IMG/VR virus record: IMGVR_UViG_3300046777_002520 | Location: 64,001-128,000 of that record | Strand: one strand, 5' to 3' | Source of the DNA: a virus | Length of the DNA stretch: 64,000 nt | Shown: positions 21,807 to 30,028 of the stretch, piece after piece | Layout of the letters: every line of letters starts with the position of its first letter | Numbering within the stretch: the first letter of the stretch is position 1 | The notes under the pieces: generated by a model | What the model was told of the DNA's origin: nothing | Seen by the model: only the letters and a program-made list of their open reading frames with translations | Database searches by the model: none | Made by a program: the position numbers and the translations under genes

Positions 21807-22525
21807 CACCTAATCTGGTCAGTTGCTACTGCCCTACTTACGGCAGAGTACACTGCCTGGAAGAGGCTGTAGAGTGCTTTCTTCGTCAGGACTACAAAGG
21901 CCCCAAGGAGCTTGTAATCCTGAACGACTACGCAGATCAGAACATTTCCTTTGATCACCCAGAAGTGAAGGTGTTCAATCTGCCCTACAGGATAAAACCT
22001 CTGGGTGCGAAGTTTAACGCCACCGTATCCCTATGCTCTGGAGATGTTCTAGTTTGCTGGGAAGACGATGACATCTATCTCCCCAACAGAATATCGCTCA
22101 GTTTGGAACTCATGCAGGACGGTGTGTTCCACACCAACACTGGTTTCTTTGAAGTGTCTCCCAAGCAGACAAGGCTTGAGTCAAACCTGTTCCACGCCAC
22201 GCATACGATCACCAAGGAGCTGTTCGACTCAGTAGGCGGCTATCCAGAAAAAGACCAATGCAGCATAGACCTGGAGTTCATGAACAGAGTGCGCGATAAG
22301 CTTGGAAAGGTATACTCTGTTCAGCTGACTAAGGAGCAGGCTTTTTACATCTATCGCTGGAGCACTGTTGCGTCCTATCACGGTTCTGGCTGGGGTCCAG
22401 AAAAGCTGGATGTCAGCGAAGCCGTAGAGAGCGTCGTTGAGAATCAGGTCAAGCGGGGACTAGCGCCTACAGGCAACGTGACGCTCAAGCCGCGTTGGAG
22501 CTACGAGTACGGCGACTTTGTGTAG
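21803..22525 (+). CDS. GT2 glycosyltransferase, close paralog of the middle domain of 16469..18934
   Basis: VSCYCPTYGRVHCLEEAVECFLRQDYKGPKELVILND is nearly identical to that domain; WEDDDIY. Confidence 0.85.
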   Translation: MTPNLVSCYCPTYGRVHCLEEAVECFLRQDYKGPKELVILNDYADQNISFDHPEVKVFNLPYRIKPLGAKFNATVSLCSGDVLVCWEDDDIYLPNRISLSLELMQDGVFHTNTGFFEVSPKQTRLESNLFHATHTITKELFDSVGGYPEKDQCSIDLEFMNRVRDKLGKVYSVQLTKEQAFYIYRWSTVASYHGSGWGPEKLDVSEAVESVVENQVKRGLAPTGNVTLKPRWSYEYGDFV

Positions 22526-22536
22526 AGGACTGGGCC

Positions 22537-23160
22537 ATGGCTTTCGTGGACGACATGTACGAGCAAGCGCTTACAGCTGAATACAGCGTGGACATCCGTG
22601 AGCATCTTTCCACGCTCAGGGAGTACGCGGCCAAGTGCGACACGGTTACCGAGCTTGGCGTGCGTTGGGTTGTCAGCACCTGGGCTTTTCTGGCAGGCAG
22701 GCCCAAATCACTTAGAAGCTTCGACATCACGCACATCTCTAACTACGGCAAGTCAGAGGAAGAAATAAAAAAAGCTGCAAGTGATATAAACGTATCGTTC
22801 AGCTTCTATAACGAGAATGTGTTAACCACAGAGAACATAATTGAGACGGATTTGTTATTTATCGACACTTTGCACAGCTACAAGCAATTGAAGATGGAGC
22901 TCAAGCTGCACGTCAGCAAGGTGAGGAAGTACCTCATATTCCATGACGTTGTGACATTTGGAGAGTCAGACGAGGCTGTTGTTGTTGAGAGCCCTGACTG
23001 GCCTGAGGATCTGAAAGACTACTTCAGGTCTCTGCCTGAAGGATACGGCATCAACAAAGCCATCGTTGAGCTGCTCACGGAAGACAGGGCGTGGCGCGCT
23101 GAAAGGCTGTTCTCCAACAACAACGGCTTGCTCATACTTTCGAGGTTGTCTGATGCCTAA
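22537..23160 (+). CDS. Class I SAM-dependent methyltransferase
   Basis: GAGG RBS before ATG 22537; VTELGVRWVVST...DLLFIDTLHSYKQLKMEL...YLIFHD. Confidence 0.75.
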   Translation: MAFVDDMYEQALTAEYSVDIREHLSTLREYAAKCDTVTELGVRWVVSTWAFLAGRPKSLRSFDITHISNYGKSEEEIKKAASDINVSFSFYNENVLTTENIIETDLLFIDTLHSYKQLKMELKLHVSKVRKYLIFHDVVTFGESDEAVVVESPDWPEDLKDYFRSLPEGYGINKAIVELLTEDRAWRAERLFSNNNGLLILSRLSDA

Positions 23161-23407
23161 CATCGACGGAAAGACAGTAACCAAGTTTGCCCTGCTGTTT
23201 ACCTTGGTAGCGCTACTGGCTTACGACTTGTTCGCGGTTTACAGGTACGGATTCGACGGAACAATCAGTGTAGTGGTATTTACGCTGGCGAAGAGTGCGC
23301 CTATCATTCCCTTTTTGGCTGGTGTCGTAGTAGGGCACCTGTTCTGGCCTATAGAGGGTAACTATGCTGACTCAGGAAGAGATTCAGGTAAGAATAACCA
23401 AAAATGA
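23153..23407 (+). CDS. Small two-TM membrane protein
   Basis: ATG overlaps the previous gene; hydrophobic FALLFTLVALLAYDLFAV and IIPFLAGVVVGHLFWP. Confidence 0.6.
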   Translation: MPNIDGKTVTKFALLFTLVALLAYDLFAVYRYGFDGTISVVVFTLAKSAPIIPFLAGVVVGHLFWPIEGNYADSGRDSGKNNQK

Positions 23408-23861
23408 AGAGGTCTCTACTTTCTACTACAGGCTGCATGTCCCAGAGAGCCTAGCCTGTGCTTACGACTTCGACGGCATCTTCTGTGAAGAGTGTCCCTC
23501 TGAGTACAAGGGCAACGACGAAGCGTATTACAAGTTTCTCTGCACAGCCAATCCTCTGTACTACCCAGACAAGGGGTATGTGCCTTTTATCATCACAGGC
23601 AGGCATATGCGCTACAGGGAGATCACCGAGAGGTGGCTCAAGCAGAACAAGATAACTTACGGCTACATGATAATGCGTGACTTCAACGTCACAGTCGAGA
23701 ACTCAACAGAGCTGATAGGTAATTACAAAGCAGAGTGCTACAAAAAGTACGGCTACGACCTTTTCATTGAAAGCAGAATGAAGCAAGCCAAGATCATCCA
23801 CGAGGCTACAGGCAAACCTGTGTTCTGCCCTGTAGGTCCTGTCATGTTGACCAAGAACTAA
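23364..23861 (+). CDS. HAD-superfamily phosphatase-like protein
   Basis: Motif I YDFDG, motif II IITGR, WLKQNKI, and C-terminal FIES. Confidence 0.6.
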   Translation: MLTQEEIQVRITKNEEVSTFYYRLHVPESLACAYDFDGIFCEECPSEYKGNDEAYYKFLCTANPLYYPDKGYVPFIITGRHMRYREITERWLKQNKITYGYMIMRDFNVTVENSTELIGNYKAECYKKYGYDLFIESRMKQAKIIHEATGKPVFCPVGPVMLTKN

Positions 23862-23880
23862 GATAACGATATGCTAATAA

Positions 23881-24432
23881 ATGAACCCAAGGAGCAACAC
23901 TATGAATTCGTTTCAAGTGTGGTGTTGCACAGAACGGGCTCTAAAGCTGAAACTGGGTTCTCTGCGCAACATCGAAATCCTGGCGCTCTTCCACGGCCCT
24001 TGGTGGTGGATATGCCGATACGGAGCAGAAGTCCGTTACAAACCTGGCAAGCTTAAATTCGCTTACGGTCCTGTAGCCGATTCAAATAGAGCAGTAGAGG
24101 AGGAAAACCCCATGTTGATTCTTACCGATAGCCAGAAAGTTACCCTGTCCATCAAGCCTGTCAGCAAGGCTGGCAATCCCGCTCCCATCGACGGGCTGCC
24201 CGTGTGGAGCCTTAGCTGCGAAGACCACCTCAAGCTGGAGCTGTCTGAGGACGGCATGAGCGTCACAGCCACAGCTCTCGGCAAGCTTGGTGTCTGCCAA
24301 GTGAATGTCAAAGTTGACGCAGACCTTGGCGATGGTGTCGAAGAGATCTTCGGGTCTGTTGACATTGAGGTGAAGGCTGGCAAGGCCGTCAACCTCGGTA
24401 TCGACGCTGGCGCTCCTGAAGAAGTTGGCTAA
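23881..24432 (+). CDS. Ig-like beta-sandwich protein (start uncertain; alternative ATG at 24112)
   Basis: MLILTDSQKVTLSIKPVSKAGNPAPIDGLPVWS...VNVKVDADLGDG, typical of phage Ig-like decoration domains; GAGGAGG upstream of 24112. Confidence 0.6.
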   Translation: MNPRSNTMNSFQVWCCTERALKLKLGSLRNIEILALFHGPWWWICRYGAEVRYKPGKLKFAYGPVADSNRAVEEENPMLILTDSQKVTLSIKPVSKAGNPAPIDGLPVWSLSCEDHLKLELSEDGMSVTATALGKLGVCQVNVKVDADLGDGVEEIFGSVDIEVKAGKAVNLGIDAGAPEEVG

Positions 24433-24457
24433 TATTACTTAGCCCTATAAACCACAG

Positions 24458-24492
24458 AGCCAGACAGGGTGTACCTGTCTGGCTTTTTCTTT
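24458..24492 (+). terminator. Rho-independent terminator
   Basis: AGCCAGACAGG-gtgta-CCTGTCTGGCT followed by TTTTCTTT. Confidence 0.85.
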
Positions 24493-24525
24493 TAAAATAA
24501 AGCTAAACCTTGAAAGGAGTTAAAA

Positions 24526-25293
24526 ATGATAACAGTAAACTATCGCGGCCTGAGTTTCAAACTGCCAAAGCAAGACACGCTGTTTAGAACGAAGATCCAC
24601 AGATTTGTGGACGAAGTTCCTGATACCGTGAAGTTGGCCAACATTCAGCCAGGAGGCGTTTTCTTTGAGATAGGTTTGTGTTTTGGCGTAAGCAGCATAA
24701 CTGCAGTCAAGACTGGGCTGTTCAGAAAAGCACTAGCCATGGAAGCAGACAGAGGCAACTGCACTCTAGCTGCGATAAACAAAGAGCTCAACAAAGCAGA
24801 TGTTACCATTTATCCTTATGCAGCTAGCGACGTAAGTGGTAAAGGCAGCATCAAGCTTAACTCAAAAGCTAACATAGGCGGCAGCGTGGTTCTTCACAAA
24901 GACACAGGTGCAAACGTCATAGACCTGATAACCATAGACGACCTTATAGAGAAAGAAAAAATAGATGTTAATGAGATCACCTTCGTGTGGTGCGACGCAC
25001 AAGGCAGTGAAGGTAGACTTATCAAAGGAGCTTCAAAGCTCTTAGCGAGGAAAATACCTTGGACTATAGAAGTAGCTCCAGAGCTTCTAGAGAATTTAGG
25101 CACCAGCAAGGAAGAGCTACTTTCTCTGGTAGCGCCTCATTTCAAATCTGTCATAGACCTTAAGGACACTACAGCCGCTGTAAGGCCTGTATCAGATATC
25201 GTGGACATTTTCTCTTATTACAAAGAACTACGCAAACCGATAGGCGATGGAAAAACTAAGGCGTCTCACACCAACGTACTGCTTGTTCCTTAA
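24526..25293 (+). CDS. FkbM-family SAM methyltransferase
   Basis: FFEIGLCFG...AMEAD...ITIDDL...VWCDAQGSEGRLIKGA; AAAGGAG RBS. Confidence 0.8.
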   Translation: MITVNYRGLSFKLPKQDTLFRTKIHRFVDEVPDTVKLANIQPGGVFFEIGLCFGVSSITAVKTGLFRKALAMEADRGNCTLAAINKELNKADVTIYPYAASDVSGKGSIKLNSKANIGGSVVLHKDTGANVIDLITIDDLIEKEKIDVNEITFVWCDAQGSEGRLIKGASKLLARKIPWTIEVAPELLENLGTSKEELLSLVAPHFKSVIDLKDTTAAVRPVSDIVDIFSYYKELRKPIGDGKTKASHTNVLLVP

Positions 25294-25314
25294 TTGTTTA
25301 AACAAGTGCTAAGA

Positions 25315-25456
25315 AAAACTCGTCGAATTTTATGTGAATTTTCGACGAGTTTTGCCTCAGCCTGAGCATCCAATAAGCTTTTTGCTTATAATTTACTAAA
25401 GTCTAGTTTATAACAGCAGAAACTCGTCGCAAAATCGACGTTTTTACGACGAGTTT
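25315..25456. repeat. Pair of related palindromes sharing AAACTCGTCG...CGACGAGTTT arms
   Basis: 25315-25353 has 13-bp perfect arms. 25420-25456 has about 15-bp arms with one mismatch. The AT-rich spacer contains TATAAT. Confidence 0.85.
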
Positions 25457-25503
25457 GACCCCCACCGCGTACTGCAGATAATAACCCAGAGGTTTACACT
25501 GAG

Positions 25504-25698
25504 ATGTTAGAGGCTCTGATCACCCAAGCTATTAACTTAGTTGATGGTCAAACCAGCAGTCGTATAGTTTTGGGACTCAACTGGCTGGCTCAGCACTACA
25601 ACGAGCTGCTGACCATGGTCAGGTGGACGGTACCTTGCGTAATAACATCTGGTGTATTATTCTGTTTGTTGGTGCCAACAGTTGAATTAAGGGAGTAA
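25504..25698 (+). CDS. Small hydrophobic hypothetical protein
   Basis: 64-aa ORF with a C-terminal hydrophobic segment and GAGG upstream. Confidence 0.4.
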   Translation: MLEALITQAINLVDGQTSSRIVLGLNWLAQHYNELLTMVRWTVPCVITSGVLFCLLVPTVELRE

Positions 25699-25702
25699 CG
25701 CG

Positions 25703-26485
25703 ATGCTGTCTCTGTTTCTGGCGCTTGTTCTCAACCAAGCGCCTGTTCCCAAGGTAGAAGTAGACGCCGTAATTACTGGCGAACCCAACAACTTCATTAC
25801 AGTGCTGCCCAAGACTAACGGTAAAACTGTAAAGTACGCCTATATCGATAAAGGCCTGAACATTTTCCCTTCGGCGCTTCTGTCCAATCCACTCGCCACC
25901 GTTGTCACGGCTCCCAAAGGCAAGTACCGCCTGCTGGCTTACACAGCCTTGGGTGATGTGCCTTCTGACCCTGCCATCATCGTTATCAATATTGGTAATG
26001 TTCCAGACAGCGCCCCGTTCGGCCCGTACAACCCTGCTCCCCTGCCTCCAGCTCCCGTACCTCCGACTCCTCCCACGCCTCCTGGCCCCATGCCTCCTGA
26101 GCCCGTACCGCCTCAGCCTGAGGACGCTCTGGAGAACTCTTTGAGAGCTATCTACGGAGGATTGCAGGAGCAGGGTATGTCTCTTAAAGTGGCCAAGCTT
26201 GCTGCTATCTACAGGGAAGCAGCCAGAGCAGCGTTGAACACCGACACAGACCCCAGCACAGGAAAGCCCTACTACCGTACTGTCGGTGACGTTTACACCA
26301 AGGTGAACTCGCTGGGTGTGGGGGCGCTTACCAACAACGACATCTTTGACATTCGTGATCGTATTCGCGTTGAGTTCAATTCCACACTTCCCAGAAACGG
26401 CACCATCGTTCTTGACGACAACATTCGCAAGAACCTGGCTGGGCAGTTTTCTCGCGTAGCCGCCATCCTGGAGCAACTGAAATGA
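25703..26485 (+). CDS. Signal-peptide-bearing protein with Pro-rich linker
   Basis: MLSLFLALVLNQAP signal-like N-terminus, beta domain, PAPLPPAPVPPTPPTPP linker, helical C-domain. Confidence 0.65.
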   Translation: MLSLFLALVLNQAPVPKVEVDAVITGEPNNFITVLPKTNGKTVKYAYIDKGLNIFPSALLSNPLATVVTAPKGKYRLLAYTALGDVPSDPAIIVINIGNVPDSAPFGPYNPAPLPPAPVPPTPPTPPGPMPPEPVPPQPEDALENSLRAIYGGLQEQGMSLKVAKLAAIYREAARAALNTDTDPSTGKPYYRTVGDVYTKVNSLGVGALTNNDIFDIRDRIRVEFNSTLPRNGTIVLDDNIRKNLAGQFSRVAAILEQLK

Positions 26486-26709
26486 ACGACTGCTGCAAAA
26501 AGACTCTTGAAGAAGTTGCAGAAAAGATCAGCAAGATAAGTGAGAAGGATTTAGACTTTCCTGAAGACGCTGATCTGTCCAACGGGCCTCCTCCGATGAC
26601 TGAGGCTCAGTTTGGCATGATGAAAGCTTACATGAACGTGTTTCAAGTTCTTGAAGAAGCTGGCTTAGAGCCCGAAGCCAAAATTAAGAGGTACAGCAGC
26701 AATGGCTGA
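26482..26709 (+). CDS. Hypothetical protein
   Basis: ATGA-coupled on the 5' side; overlaps the next start. Confidence 0.55.
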   Translation: MNDCCKKTLEEVAEKISKISEKDLDFPEDADLSNGPPPMTEAQFGMMKAYMNVFQVLEEAGLEPEAKIKRYSSNG

Positions 26710-27619
26710 TCTAGACGCACCAGAGTTTGCACAGGGCTGGGTAAACGATCCTCCTGAAGTAGAGGCTATCGTAGCCCTGCAGCCCTACAAGACTTTCTCT
26801 GATACAGAAGCAGGCAAGTTCATGCCTGCCTCTGATCTGCCCAAAAGCGTTTACCTCTGGGACGCTGCCAGAAAGGTTTTGGGTAAACTGCTACCCCCAA
26901 GAAGCCAGGGAAAAGTGGGCAGCTGCGTGGCTTTCGGCTGCTGTAGGGCCGTCGAATACACGATGTTGGCCGAGATCGCAGCAGGCGAAAACGAAGAATT
27001 TCGTGACCTCTGCACCGAGGTTAACTATGGCGGCGGGCGTATTGAAGTAGGTAGAGGGCGTCTCGGTAGAGGCGATGGCTCTATCGGCGCGTGGAGCGCA
27101 GAGTTCGTCAAGCGCTGGGGCTCCATCGATAGAGCTGTATATGGTAAGTACGACTTGACCAAATACAGTGAAGAACGATGTAGGGCTTGGGGAGCGACTG
27201 GAGTTCCAGATGATCTTGAGCCTGAGGTCAAGAAGTATCCAGTAAGCACCATCACGCTTGTCACAACCATTGAAGAAGCTAAGAAAGCACTTGCAGCTGG
27301 CTACGGTATCTCTGTAGCTAGCGGTCAAGGCTTTACTTATACAAGAGATAGCAATGGTATATGCGCTCCCAAGGGTTCTTGGGCGCACCAGATGTGCATC
27401 TGCGGCTACACGGAGATCAACGGAAAGCTGTATTTCCGTATCGACAACAGCTGGGGCGCAGATACTCACACAGGGCCTACAGGCCCAGGTAATCCTGGTC
27501 CAGAAGGTTTCTACGCCAATGGTGACACAGTAGCCAGAATGCTTGCGCAGAAGGACTCGTTCGCTTACGCTGGCGTGAAAGGTTTCGTACCACGCAACAT
27601 TATCGACTGGTTCGTATGA
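26702..27619 (+). CDS. Papain-like (C1-type) cysteine peptidase
   Basis: Oxyanion Gln and catalytic Cys in SQGKVGSCVAFG; His in WAHQMCICG; Asn in IDNSWG. Confidence 0.85.
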   Translation: MADLDAPEFAQGWVNDPPEVEAIVALQPYKTFSDTEAGKFMPASDLPKSVYLWDAARKVLGKLLPPRSQGKVGSCVAFGCCRAVEYTMLAEIAAGENEEFRDLCTEVNYGGGRIEVGRGRLGRGDGSIGAWSAEFVKRWGSIDRAVYGKYDLTKYSEERCRAWGATGVPDDLEPEVKKYPVSTITLVTTIEEAKKALAAGYGISVASGQGFTYTRDSNGICAPKGSWAHQMCICGYTEINGKLYFRIDNSWGADTHTGPTGPGNPGPEGFYANGDTVARMLAQKDSFAYAGVKGFVPRNIIDWFV

Positions 27620-27972
27620 TGTACCCCTATCCAAAGCAGTACCCTTCAGATGCCGTCAAACTGCTCATTGACTATGTGAGCCACGGAGACGAGTTTCTGG
27701 AAAAGAAAGACGCCATCCACGCTGGCTGGGTCATATCTGGGTATGCTTTGGGCAGGATATTCGGCGGCGGTCCAGAGATCATCGGTAAGAAGTTTAGAGC
27801 AACCAAGGTTCCTGTAGCCAAGTTAAAGCGCAAGGAGTTTCTCGAAAAGCTTTCCCAGTCTGTCGCTTACGGCAGCGTGAACAAGTTCGAGCAAACCAAC
27901 CCAAGCTGCTGGTTGCACCTAAACCAATTAGCGAAAGAAATGTTAAATGTTTACAAAGAATCAGCTGGGTAA
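27616..27972 (+). CDS. Hypothetical protein
   Basis: Coupled to the peptidase stop; 118 aa. Confidence 0.6.
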   Translation: MMYPYPKQYPSDAVKLLIDYVSHGDEFLEKKDAIHAGWVISGYALGRIFGGGPEIIGKKFRATKVPVAKLKRKEFLEKLSQSVAYGSVNKFEQTNPSCWLHLNQLAKEMLNVYKESAG

Positions 27973-28162
27973 TCATCTGATTATAGACGGTGTAGATACA
28001 CCTATAGATCACAATATTGCCCTCAGGTGGCACATGTCGCCTGAGGGCAAGTCTATTCCCACGCTGTACAAAAACGGTAAAAGAGTCACCAAAGCCTGGA
28101 CTATGGTTTACGCATATCTATCGCTAGAAGATCCGAACGGTAGCAACGCTAATACAAACTAG
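27947..28162 (+). CDS. Hypothetical protein
   Basis: 71-aa ORF filling the gap before the promoter; start uncertain. Confidence 0.35.
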   Translation: MFTKNQLGNHLIIDGVDTPIDHNIALRWHMSPEGKSIPTLYKNGKRVTKAWTMVYAYLSLEDPNGSNANTN

Positions 28163-28167
28163 GCGTA

Positions 28168-28196
28168 TTGCTGCGACTGTCTCAATGACTTATAAT
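28168..28196 (+). promoter_or_regulatory. Sigma70-type promoter
   Basis: TTGCTG (28168-73), 17-nt spacer, TATAAT (28191-96), in an intergenic position. Confidence 0.75.
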
Positions 28197-28202
28197 TCAA
28201 GC

Positions 28203-28446
28203 ATGTTGTGCGAAGGCACACCCAATATCCAAGCGTCGGTGGTGTCTGTTCGTTCTGCTTAGTCGAAGGTGCCGATTGGTTAGGTTTGGCTAAGTTTAGC
28301 CTTACAGGTGGACTTCTTGGACCGCAAGCCAGTAGTCAACGGTGGAGTGACACGGAGCACCTAAAACCTGTCACTGTTCCGCTTTAGCGGACACGGACTT
28401 CAGCCAGGGGATCTGAAGGGGTAGTTACAGAACAGACACCACTCGA
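28203..28446 (+). ncRNA. Candidate structured ncRNA or long structured 5' leader, family unassigned
   Basis: GTGGTGTCTGTTC (28239-51) is the exact reverse complement of GAACAGACACCAC (28430-42). Several internal hairpins. No ORF in the track across this region. Confidence 0.6.
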
Positions 28447-28462
28447 AGAAAGGAACTGGGCT

Positions 28463-28801
28463 ATGGCGCACAATCACGACGAAGAGATGGCAGAGCTTAC
28501 AGACAAGCTTGTTGACGGCCTGCTCAACAACGAGGAGTTGGCCAGCATAGAAGACCAGATACAAGACGACGGAGACGTTTGTGAAAGCGATCTCAAGTCT
28601 CTTTTCCAAGACCTTATCAGTCTTCGCTACAACTACACGATGGAGATGGTGTCTAAGAACATAGCCAGCTATCTTCTCAGACCCAAGAAGACGCCAGAAC
28701 AAGCTCTTAGGGATTACAAGAAAGTTGTCTTTCTCTCAAAGTTCCTGCTAGCGGAAACGCAGAAGGCCCTCGATGACGAAAAAGAAAACTTCGAAGATTG
28801 A
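28463..28801 (+). CDS. Acidic hypothetical protein
   Basis: AAAGGA RBS; 112 aa. Confidence 0.65.
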   Translation: MAHNHDEEMAELTDKLVDGLLNNEELASIEDQIQDDGDVCESDLKSLFQDLISLRYNYTMEMVSKNIASYLLRPKKTPEQALRDYKKVVFLSKFLLAETQKALDDEKENFED

Positions 28802-28970
28802 TAGACTAGCCGCCCTTGAGAAGGAAAACGCCAGGCTGCGTAAGGCTCTGTCCAAGCTGATAAGCACCTGGCGCGATCATGATCATGTTTACGGCGAAGC
28901 TTGTTTCGACGCCTGCCAGGCTGCTAAAGCTGTTTTGGAAGGAACGAGCAACAAGCTCACAGGTCGCTGA
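28773..28970 (+). CDS. Small coiled-coil hypothetical protein
   Basis: IDRLAALEKENARLRKALSKL; fills the gap if the next gene starts at 28978. Confidence 0.5.
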   Translation: MTKKKTSKIDRLAALEKENARLRKALSKLISTWRDHDHVYGEACFDACQAAKAVLEGTSNKLTGR

Positions 28971-28977
28971 GGTTGAG

Positions 28978-30003
28978 ATGTTTAACCCAATTCTTAGCGA
29001 TAAGACAATCGTCAAGCTGAGCCAGGCTTACGACAGCATGGCTTACAACCTGGGCGAGGCCGCCGCGCTGCTGAAAGAGGCAGCCGTTAAGACACACGCC
29101 CTGTCTGGCGAGCTGTACGGCTCCTCCAAGGGAGCCTTGCTTCTCAGCGTGCCCAACTCTCTGGTGCGAGGAGCCTTCTCAGCCCTCGATGAGAACGGCC
29201 TGGTGCTGCCCAACCAGGGCAAGTTCAACGCTCACATTATCGTCATGACGCCTGAAGAGGTGTCCAAGATCGGCGGCTTGACCAAGGTCACCGAGCGCGG
29301 CAAGCACTTCCACTATAATCTGGGACCCTTGCACGAAGGACCAGTCACCAACTCCTTTGACTTCAGCAAGGTCTGGTTTCTGTCCGTGACGAGCCCAGAG
29401 CTGGCCCAGCTCAGAAAGACGTACGGGCTGGACAGCGGACCTGGCAAGCACGGCTTCAACATCGTGGTGGCGTTGCGCAAGCTGGGCGTGCTGGGAAGAA
29501 ACGAGATCAGCAAGCTGGCTGGTGCGGATGTCCTGCCAGGCGGCAAGGCTGACGACCTGCCTGACTCCAAGTTCGACAAGAAGAAGCTGGAGCACGCGCA
29601 GAAGCATGAGATGGAACACACCAACAATCCTGCCATAGCCAAGGAAGTCGCCAAAGACCATATGGTCGAGGACCAGGATTATTACCCAAAGGTGGAAGTC
29701 ATGGAAAAGAACAAGGCAGCGGACAAGCTAATGGGCTTGCTCGCCAAGAAAGCATATGTCGGGAACGGTACGAGGCAGGAGTCAGATGCCGAAGTCGTCA
29801 CGCCTGCTGCGGAAGATATTGCTTTCCTTGGCAGTAAGCCTTCAAAGCCCGAGCCAAAGCCAGTCGATAACAACAAGAACAAAGCCAGTATTCGTAAAGC
29901 GTTTATTGAAGCGACGAAGGATACTGTTGGAGTGGACCCGTCTTTGAAGTCAGCTTCGTGGAACGAAGTTCTGCAAAAGCTGAAGGAGCTTGGCAAAAGC
30001 TGA
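28978..30003 (+). CDS. 2H-phosphoesterase-like domain + DUF5661-like module, with K-x-A motifs
   Basis: GAGG before ATG 28978. NAHIIVM...VWFLSVTSPELAQLRKTYGL...FNIVVALR resembles a 2H fold with degenerate motifs. LPGGKADD...HEMEHTNNPAIAKEVAKDHMVEDQDYY recalls DUF5661. Confidence 0.55.
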   Translation: MFNPILSDKTIVKLSQAYDSMAYNLGEAAALLKEAAVKTHALSGELYGSSKGALLLSVPNSLVRGAFSALDENGLVLPNQGKFNAHIIVMTPEEVSKIGGLTKVTERGKHFHYNLGPLHEGPVTNSFDFSKVWFLSVTSPELAQLRKTYGLDSGPGKHGFNIVVALRKLGVLGRNEISKLAGADVLPGGKADDLPDSKFDKKKLEHAQKHEMEHTNNPAIAKEVAKDHMVEDQDYYPKVEVMEKNKAADKLMGLLAKKAYVGNGTRQESDAEVVTPAAEDIAFLGSKPSKPEPKPVDNNKNKASIRKAFIEATKDTVGVDPSLKSASWNEVLQKLKELGKS

Positions 30004-30028
30004 TTGAACTCTTTAAGAGGTAGACACC

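Noticed and set aside
28203-28446. Assignment of the structured region to a cobalamin riboswitch, tmRNA, RNase P or group I intron
   Set aside because: Only short fragments resemble these (AGGTGC, AAGCCAG). The diagnostic cores were not found, so it is left unassigned.
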